A DNA stretch of 64,000 bases from a virus, in the IMG/VR virus record IMGVR_UViG_3300031566_000016, positions 1-64,000 of that record; one strand, 5' to 3'. Both the position numbers and the translations under genes were made by a program. How positions within the stretch are numbered: the first letter of the stretch is position 1; each line of letters opens with the position of its first letter. The notes under the pieces were generated by a model. It was not told the origin of the DNA. It ran no database searches and saw only the letters and a list, made by a program, of their open reading frames with translations. Below, one piece after another: positions 18,034 through 24,823 of this stretch.

Positions 18034-19122
18034 TTACTCTTCAGCCACGAGATTCTGCACGTAGGCTTCGGCGGTCTCTGGAATGACCACGCGGGTCCAT
18101 GTCTTCTGCTTGCCCGGCGTCGCCAACACGAAGCTCACGACGGCACCCTGGCGCACCTGCCGATACGCCGCACCATCCACGAGCGCCATGCTGGTCCCGC
18201 CGCGGACGATCTCCACCGGCGTCCCATCCGGGTCGTAGACCTCGGGCGAGAAAACCTCGGAGACGTAGAAGGTCCCCGTCGTATCATCCGGCCCCTCAGT
18301 GCCGGCGAGGCACCAGACAGTGCAGTAGCCGTCCGGGGTGGGTTCCGGCGTAGCCGCCTTGGGCACCACGAAGGCCCCGTCGGTCGGCGTCGTCACGCTG
18401 CCATCGGCCGCCACTACGAGCGTGTACGGGTTGGCGGGCGTGTATCCAGCCGGCGCCATGATCGTGACCGCATAGGTGCCTGGGTCGAGACCCCAGGCGC
18501 TCGCGAAGGTCCCATCGGTCTCGCTGCTCTGGACCGAGAGACCCGGGATGGTCAGCCGGGCGGCGGGCACCGGATCTCCGCTGTCGTCTTCCACGGTCAA
18601 CGGCACCGGGAACTCGCCGTCCCCGAAGGCGGCAGCCACGACCGCGGCGGCATTCGCGGCAGCGGTCGGCACCGCGTCCACAGCGGCCTGTAGCGTCACC
18701 TGTGCTGCCCGCAGGGCCACGAGCGTCTCATCGGTCCACCCGTCGCCCATGAGCGCCACGACGAGATTGCCGATGGCAGTCACCGCGAGGCTCGTAGCCA
18801 GTCCGCTCACCGGCGCGTCGAGGAACTCCGCCCGCGCCTTCGTGTAGTCCGCGTCCGGCACCACCGTCAGCGGCAGAATCACCACGTCGGGAGTCGCGCT
18901 CACGCCCTGAATCGTCACGCACTCCGCCGTCATCTCCGCTGCCGTCAGCAGCAGCGAGCAGACGCCGTTCTCCACGTCAACAGGAGCATTGGTAGCCGCC
19001 GCCGCCGCGCCGTCGCGCACGAGCCGGATGGTATGGTTCGCGGCATCAGCAAGTGCTGGCGCATTGTTGTCCACGTCCCACGCGACGTAGTGCGCAATGA
19101 AGGCCTGTCCGTAGAGGGCCAT
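18034..19122 (-). CDS. putative virion structural protein with Ig-like/carboxypeptidase-regulatory-like domain
   Basis: Ala-rich helix, then LTVEDDSGDPVPAARLT...DGTF...LDPGTYAVT. Confidence 0.55.
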   Translation of the reverse strand: MALYGQAFIAHYVAWDVDNNAPALADAANHTIRLVRDGAAAAATNAPVDVENGVCSLLLTAAEMTAECVTIQGVSATPDVVILPLTVVPDADYTKARAEFLDAPVSGLATSLAVTAIGNLVVALMGDGWTDETLVALRAAQVTLQAAVDAVPTAAANAAAVVAAAFGDGEFPVPLTVEDDSGDPVPAARLTIPGLSVQSSETDGTFASAWGLDPGTYAVTIMAPAGYTPANPYTLVVAADGSVTTPTDGAFVVPKAATPEPTPDGYCTVWCLAGTEGPDDTTGTFYVSEVFSPEVYDPDGTPVEIVRGGTSMALVDGAAYRQVRQGAVVSFVLATPGKQKTWTRVVIPETAEAYVQNLVAEE

Positions 19123-19137
19123 GCGTCCTCACGCTCC

Positions 19138-19947
19138 TTAGGTCGCGACCGCGCTGATGGCGGGCTGCCACTGCGTGTCCTGATCCGGCGTGAGACCTGC
19201 CGCCAGAGTCAGCTTGATCCATACGCCCTGCCACTCATCGGCGGCGAGGTTGCCGTCCTCGGCGTCCCCGGCGACATGGGCTGCGCCCTCAGAGGCGTGT
19301 TCACCCCAGGAGTAGGTGCCGCCCGTGGTCGGTTCCGTGACGCGATTCGCCGTCGTCTCAGACCCACCCGTGAGCGTCACGTCGCCGCTCATCTCGCAGT
19401 CCATCGTGAGGTAGGCCCCGGCATCCTGTGCCAGCCACACCTTCGCCTCGATGGCGGCATCACTGGCGTGGTCATTGCCCACGAAGACCTTCTCGTACAG
19501 GTCCTTGCTGGCGCCACCGACCGCGTTGGCCTTCGCCAGGATGAACATGCGGGCCGCGCCGCGCTCCCCGATGGGAATGGTGTGGATCGCCGCTGCCGTC
19601 GTGTTGCCTGTGACCGCAATCGTCCCGTTGGCATCCGAGGCCAGCACGAGGCTCACGAGGTGCAGGTACGTGTTAGTCGAGACCTTGGGCGTCACGCCGG
19701 TCAGGGCGAACGTCTCGGTCGCCCAGGTGCCGTCCGGGGCATAGCCCATGAGTGTGCAGTTCTGAGTGTCCGCAGCGGAGTCCGAGGTCAACTTCACCTG
19801 CTCGCCGCTGCCGGTGTTCATGGCGTCGGCATAGGTGCGGTCAATCAGTTGCATCTTCGGATCGAGCGCCCCTCCGCTGGTGCCGGTGTCCGCAACGGGC
19901 CGGCTGGCGGCGAGGTAGAACTTGAGGTCGGCGTCGGCGACTGGCAT
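19138..19947 (-). CDS. putative virion structural protein
   Basis: G/T/A-rich beta-type sequence with GGAGG RBS, among the fibre-like genes. Confidence 0.55.
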   Translation of the reverse strand: MPVADADLKFYLAASRPVADTGTSGGALDPKMQLIDRTYADAMNTGSGEQVKLTSDSAADTQNCTLMGYAPDGTWATETFALTGVTPKVSTNTYLHLVSLVLASDANGTIAVTGNTTAAAIHTIPIGERGAARMFILAKANAVGGASKDLYEKVFVGNDHASDAAIEAKVWLAQDAGAYLTMDCEMSGDVTLTGGSETTANRVTEPTTGGTYSWGEHASEGAAHVAGDAEDGNLAADEWQGVWIKLTLAAGLTPDQDTQWQPAISAVAT

Positions 19948-19959
19948 GGGACTAACCTC

Positions 19960-20889
19960 CTAGTGCCTGGGGGTCCAGGGCGTATTCTGAAATAGGGCCA
20001 TGATGAACTGCCGGGCGCTGCGAATGTCTGTACCGAGCGAGGCCGCGAGACTGGCCAAAATCACTTCCAAGGTGCCGAGGCTCGCCTGCCCGGTCTTTAC
20101 CAGCACCAGCAGGTGCCCGAGGCTGGCGAGTTGTGCCTGTGAGACGCTGAGACCCGCGCCGACACTGGCGTTGCGCGAGGCCGTGAGGCCATCCAGCAAG
20201 GTGCCGATGCTGGCGGGCGCTTCGGCGGCCAGGGTCAGCAGCGTCCCCATGCTCGCGTCATGGGCGTTACTGGCGCTGAGGCCGGCCCCGAGGCTCCCGT
20301 CACCCGCGCCGCTCACGTTCATCCCCGTACCCACGCTGCCATCGAGATCTGCGCTGGCGTCTCGCCCATGCGCGCTGCTGGCAGGTTGCGCTCCGGTGAC
20401 ATCGAGGCCGGTGCCGAGGCTGCCGTCACCCGCCGCGTTCACATCGCGCAGGGTGCCCAGGCTGCCATCGCCGACACCGGCTACGTCCAACCCGGCCCCC
20501 AGCGAACCGTCGCGGCTGCCTGTGACCTCCAGCCCCGCCGCCACCGCGGCCGTGAGGGCCTGTGTGATCTGTAGCAGCGTGCCGAGACTGACGAGGCGCT
20601 CCTGCGACAGCACGAGGCCGCTGCTGAGGCTGCCACCGAGAGCTTGCGCGACGGTGAGTCCTGCGCTCAGGCTGGAGGCGAGGGCTCGGGAAACGGCCAT
20701 GCCGGTGCCGAGGCTGGCGAGGCGGCTGTTGCTGATCGCCGCGCCCCCCGTTACGACCACCAGCACCAGCCCCAACCCCGAGTGGTCCAGCGTCGTCGTG
20801 TCAATGGCCGTCGTGCCGTCGTGCAGAGGCACGGAGGTCATGCCGCCGTAGCCGAGACCGCTGTAGTCGAGGGTGCGGGTGTCTCCCAT
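19960..20889 (-). CDS. 14-residue tandem repeat protein (fibre/solenoid-like)
   Basis: About 17 repeats of xxxGSLG(T/A)GLxVxx. Confidence 0.65.
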   Translation of the reverse strand: MGDTRTLDYSGLGYGGMTSVPLHDGTTAIDTTTLDHSGLGLVLVVVTGGAAISNSRLASLGTGMAVSRALASSLSAGLTVAQALGGSLSSGLVLSQERLVSLGTLLQITQALTAAVAAGLEVTGSRDGSLGAGLDVAGVGDGSLGTLRDVNAAGDGSLGTGLDVTGAQPASSAHGRDASADLDGSVGTGMNVSGAGDGSLGAGLSASNAHDASMGTLLTLAAEAPASIGTLLDGLTASRNASVGAGLSVSQAQLASLGHLLVLVKTGQASLGTLEVILASLAASLGTDIRSARQFIMALFQNTPWTPRH

Positions 20890-20891
20890 AG

Positions 20892-22409
20892 TTATGCCAG
20901 CGCCGGATCGTCAAAGTAGAACAGCGCATCGCCGTCGGTGTTGTCCGTGACGCGCAGGCCGAACTGCACCACGCCGTCATAGGCCACGGTGCCGGTGAGG
21001 TCCACGGTGTGCTGCGTCTCGTTGCCATCCCAGGCCGTCGCCACATCCGTCACGGTCACGGCAGCATGGTCGGCGATAGTCAACCCGTTCGGCTGGAAGA
21101 GGAAGACCTCCACGGTGGGCACGGTTGCCCCCGCTAACGAGGTGCTGCACTGGTAGAAAGTGAACGCGGTCGGCGTGTCGTCCTTGTCCACCAAGAACGG
21201 TGGCAGCAGGTAGGTGCCCGGCACCGACTTGTCGCCGGGGTCCATCCGCAGACAGTGGCCGGTGCCGCCACGACCTTCTACCTTGTCCACCACGATGTTC
21301 GGCGCGACGAACCACTCATTGCCCGTCGTCAGGTCCACGTTGCAGGCGAGGAGAGTGCCACTCATGCCAGTCGTCTGAGATTGCCCCCCCGTGTCCGCCT
21401 CCCCGATCATCAGCCATCCGTTAACCACGATGAGATACACGGACGTAGCTGCCGAGCGGGCATACAGCTTACCAATCACCAGGGCATATGGAGTGCTAAT
21501 GTTTACGGCGCATGCGCCGCCGCGCAAGTCAGCAAAGTCCACGCGGGTTAGAGATACGTTGGTCAGCCGAAGGCATCCTACTGTTGACCGAGTACCGTAC
21601 ACATATAGAGTCCCCACCGAATCTGGAGCAGCCACAGTGCAATATAAACCGTAGTTGCCCGGCCCAGCAATGTAGCACAAGTCAAGCCCGGTGCCTGTGC
21701 AGGCGTTGGTGAGGAAAAGCACACCGTATGTGTTCGTCCCCGACGAGTAGAGGTCACTCACCAGGCAGGCGAGCGCCCCGTTGAAGATCCATCCTGTCGA
21801 GTAATCGCACACCCCGATTTTGCAGTTGCGCATGTCGAGATAGTCGGCGGTGATGGCCAGGCCGTTGCCGGTCAGCGTCGTGCCGCTCTGCTTGATCCAC
21901 GTCTCCCCGTCTACTAATCCTGTCGTCGGGTTCCACCCACCCGAGACCTTTATCATGCTGCCGGCAGAACCCGATTTGTTGCCTAGCGTCTCCCCCGCGC
22001 TGGCGTGAGGGGCGAGTTTGCTGGCCGCACCCGTACCACCAGGACCGTAGTAGGACATATTGCCGGCAGTGCCGAGGGTGATGGTGGTAGTCGGCGCGCC
22101 ATAGCTGATCGCCCTTACCCGCCACCACATTTTGCTATTCGGGAGGGCGTTGTCGCTGTTCAGTTTGATGAAGTCGCCGACCGCGATCTCGCCCGTGAAG
22201 TCGCCCGTACCCGTCACTGTCGCGGAGTCGTTGGTGAAGGTCAGGTTGCCGGTGGCTATCGCTGTCGTGCTGGACTTGGCGATGCGCACCTCATCGCCCG
22301 CAGAGCAGAGGTTCAGCGCCGCGTCGAACGTCTTCTTCGCCAGCGCCCAGGTGCTTCCGTTGTCGCCATCGTCGCCCGTCGTCGGGTCGCAGAAGTAGGT
22401 CGTGCCCAC
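20892..22409 (-). CDS. putative beta-helix (pectate-lyase-like) tail spike/fibre
   Basis: N-terminal YFCDPTTGDDGDNGSTWALAKKT...AGDEVRI motif, typical of beta-helix proteins. Confidence 0.55.
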   Translation of the reverse strand: MGTTYFCDPTTGDDGDNGSTWALAKKTFDAALNLCSAGDEVRIAKSSTTAIATGNLTFTNDSATVTGTGDFTGEIAVGDFIKLNSDNALPNSKMWWRVRAISYGAPTTTITLGTAGNMSYYGPGGTGAASKLAPHASAGETLGNKSGSAGSMIKVSGGWNPTTGLVDGETWIKQSGTTLTGNGLAITADYLDMRNCKIGVCDYSTGWIFNGALACLVSDLYSSGTNTYGVLFLTNACTGTGLDLCYIAGPGNYGLYCTVAAPDSVGTLYVYGTRSTVGCLRLTNVSLTRVDFADLRGGACAVNISTPYALVIGKLYARSAATSVYLIVVNGWLMIGEADTGGQSQTTGMSGTLLACNVDLTTGNEWFVAPNIVVDKVEGRGGTGHCLRMDPGDKSVPGTYLLPPFLVDKDDTPTAFTFYQCSTSLAGATVPTVEVFLFQPNGLTIADHAAVTVTDVATAWDGNETQHTVDLTGTVAYDGVVQFGLRVTDNTDGDALFYFDDPALA

Positions 22410-22410
22410 G

Positions 22411-22596
22411 CTACCTCACCTCCTCCCATTTGCGGATCGCGGCCAACCTCGCTGCCAGCGGCTTCGGCTTGCGGCGCTTCCCGGTCGGGTTATCATCCAG
22501 GTCCACCAGCGGCCCACGCACCCGGTAGCCGACCGTCACCACAACCTCGTCACCGTCGCACTCCACGTCCAGTATGCGCAGCTTCGGTGCGGGCAT
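22411..22596 (-). CDS. hypothetical protein
   Basis: Coupled short ORF. Confidence 0.45.
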   Translation of the reverse strand: MPAPKLRILDVECDGDEVVVTVGYRVRGPLVDLDDNPTGKRRKPKPLAARLAAIRKWEEVR

Positions 22597-22862
22597 CAGA
22601 ACTCGCCTCCCTCAAGCCCCGCCAGAAGTTGCTCCTCGGCGTGGGCGATGGACGCGGCCTCGCAGGCCTCGCGCAGCTTCGTCATCGCCTCGGCGTCCGT
22701 GGCGTTGCGGTCCACCGGCACCACCAGGTACTGCAGGTCCTCGGGCGCGAACTCCAGGTGGCCGCGCACCTGCTGCCGGTCAGGGTTGGCGTCGTCAATG
22801 CGCCAGTGCTCGACGCGGATGCTGTACCCGTCGCCGATCTCCTCGGTGTAGCCGCTGTACAT
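22596..22862 (-). CDS. hypothetical protein
   Basis: AGGAG RBS; acidic, 88 aa. Confidence 0.55.
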   Translation of the reverse strand: MYSGYTEEIGDGYSIRVEHWRIDDANPDRQQVRGHLEFAPEDLQYLVVPVDRNATDAEAMTKLREACEAASIAHAEEQLLAGLEGGEF

Positions 22863-22888
22863 GGTCTCGCTCCTATGTGATCGTTACG

Positions 22889-22996
22889 CTACCCCGCCCC
22901 GCCGCACAGCCACCCGACCGCCAGCCCCGCCAGGATGATCGCCACTTGTGCCAGCCGCCACCGCCACGACCTGCCGATCGCTTTCCTCGTCATCAT
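22889..22996 (-). CDS. small TM peptide
   Basis: MMTRKAIGRSWRWRLAQVAIILAGLAVGWLCGGAG; coupled to the upstream stop. Confidence 0.35.
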   Translation of the reverse strand: MMTRKAIGRSWRWRLAQVAIILAGLAVGWLCGGAG

Positions 22997-24159
22997 GTCA
23001 CCACCACCGAGTTTTCGACGATCCGGTGTGTCGTGCCGCTCACAACATGCCGCCCGAACAGCACCGTCCCGTCGCGCTCGTACAGGCTGATGTCCAGCCG
23101 CCCGATCGCGTCCGCGCTGCAGGCCACGTCGGCGTAGCCCGAGGGCAGCGCCGGCAGGGCGTCCGTCCCGAGCAGCGTGATCGTCCCCGAGCCGACCACG
23201 TACTCGTAATACTTGGCGTCGGCGCCGTCCACGCACATGAACCGGAACGTGTCCGCGGCCACCTGCAGGAACGGCGTGATGTGGACGGTCGGAAGCGCCA
23301 CGGTGTCCACGGTGCCCTTCGTCGGCGTGGCCGGGGTCACGTCCCAGGCGGCGAAGTCGAAGTAGGGGTCGTCGGAGCCGTCGAGGTAGGAGCCCGAGCA
23401 GATGTAGATGTGGGTGCCGTCGCCGGCGTCGTAGGCGGCGGCGGTCTGGCCGGGGTCGTGCGTGGTCGCGCCATAGAAGACGGGAGTGGTCGTCCATGTC
23501 TTGCGGGTGAAGGCGATGTCGAGCGGGTCGGCGGTGATGATCTCCGCGAAGGCGATGAGGTAGGTCTCTACAGCGCTGATGAGGCCCTGGAAGGGGAAGA
23601 GGATGTAGTTGGTGCCGCCGATGGTGGCGCGGCAGGGGCGGATATGGTCGCCGGGGCCGTAGTAGGGGCCGTCCCACCACCAGTTCCAGGGCCAGTCGGG
23701 GGGGGTGCCGCCGGCGGCGAGGGTGGGGGCGGGGGCGGTGCCGTCAGGTGTGGTTGTCCAAGGGTTCCCAGGAAGTGATGCTCCGTCGCTCACGTAGAGA
23801 GGGTCGCCACCGCCCGAATTGATAATCCAGTAGTCGCCGATGTCTACCAGATTGTACCCATGCTCATTGACGAAGGGACTGCCTACCCCCGTGTAAATGC
23901 CATTCGCGTTCGCGATGCCTGCACTACTTGCGATCCATGACATGACTTTGTGCCCCTTCGCCTTGTACGTCGGACCTTTGCGCAGGTGAGGCGCAGGCCC
24001 GCTGTCCCGCGCCGCCGCCTCGTCCTCGACCGCAGGCCCGTACCACACGGCCTGCCATGTTTCCGGCCTCGCCAGTTGCGGCTTCGCGATGCTCAGCACC
24101 GCCGCGCACAACGCCAACAGCACCAGCCCGCACCAGAACCCCCGCTCCCATGTCTTCAT
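22993..24159 (-). CDS. beta-rich protein with N-terminal signal/TM segment
   Basis: MKTWERGFWCGLVLLALCAAVLSIA, then a G/T/D/Y-rich body; possible second in-frame start at MSWIASS. Confidence 0.6.
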   Translation of the reverse strand: MKTWERGFWCGLVLLALCAAVLSIAKPQLARPETWQAVWYGPAVEDEAAARDSGPAPHLRKGPTYKAKGHKVMSWIASSAGIANANGIYTGVGSPFVNEHGYNLVDIGDYWIINSGGGDPLYVSDGASLPGNPWTTTPDGTAPAPTLAAGGTPPDWPWNWWWDGPYYGPGDHIRPCRATIGGTNYILFPFQGLISAVETYLIAFAEIITADPLDIAFTRKTWTTTPVFYGATTHDPGQTAAAYDAGDGTHIYICSGSYLDGSDDPYFDFAAWDVTPATPTKGTVDTVALPTVHITPFLQVAADTFRFMCVDGADAKYYEYVVGSGTITLLGTDALPALPSGYADVACSADAIGRLDISLYERDGTVLFGRHVVSGTTHRIVENSVVVT

Positions 24160-24189
24160 CTCGAACACCGCCTTTCTCTGAAAGCACAA

Positions 24190-24325
24190 CGGCCCCCAAA
24201 CAGGAACCACGCTGCGTTCCGCCAGGATCGCGCCGTGGAGCCCGCTGGGGGCCGAGATGACCTGTCGCCCTACTCGCCGCCCGAAAGCGGCTTAGAAACG
24301 CTCCTGTGTGTTCGCGATCCTGGCG
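24190..24325 (-). ncRNA. promoter-proximal structured RNA/leader
   Basis: Perfect 13-bp closing stem 24220-24232/24313-24325 starting at the predicted TSS; inner GGAGC/GCTCC and GCCGC/GCGGC stems; alternative 9-bp pairing 24190-24198/24246-24254. Confidence 0.6.
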
Positions 24326-24331
24326 AGGACC

Positions 24332-24360
24332 GTTCTACTCCCATAAAACTTCGGTGTCAA
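24332..24360 (-). promoter_or_regulatory. sigma70-type promoter TTGACA-17-TAGAAC
   Basis: Perfect -35 box, 17-nt spacer, intergenic. Confidence 0.65.
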
Positions 24361-24397
24361 GGTGCTTTGCGCGAAATGACAAGCCCACTCCCACGCC

Positions 24398-24781
24398 TCA
24401 GGAAATGTACTCGATCAGCGTCTCTGTAGTAATTGAGACGGGCGCCCCCGCCGGGCAGTTGATCCCCGGCGTCACCGGAATCCAGAACCACAGCGTCCCG
24501 TCCGCCTTGTGGACCCCGATCGCCACCACCACGCCCCAACCCACCGACGGCGTGCCGAAGGCGAACTCGGCCTCGTTCCACACCGTCCCCGGGATGCCCC
24601 CCGACCTCGCCAGCAACGTCCCGTTGATCCGGGCATAGCCGCCGCCGGTGCATTCCGTCCCGGCCGCCGACTTGCTCGGGCTCACCGTGTACAGCCCGAT
24701 CTTGAAGGGCGAGAACGTTGCCACCCAGTCGCCCCACTCCTCGGCGAACGCATTGGTGCAGTTGTACTCTGTGACGGCCAT
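24398..24781 (-). CDS. minor tail/fibre-associated protein
   Basis: IGLYTVSP...GTECTGGGYAR...AFGTPSVGWGVV, a recurrent phage tail motif. Confidence 0.6.
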   Translation of the reverse strand: MAVTEYNCTNAFAEEWGDWVATFSPFKIGLYTVSPSKSAAGTECTGGGYARINGTLLARSGGIPGTVWNEAEFAFGTPSVGWGVVVAIGVHKADGTLWFWIPVTPGINCPAGAPVSITTETLIEYIS

Positions 24782-24823
24782 CGTTCATCACCCTTCGCTT
24801 CTCGCGTTGCGTTCTCGTCTACC

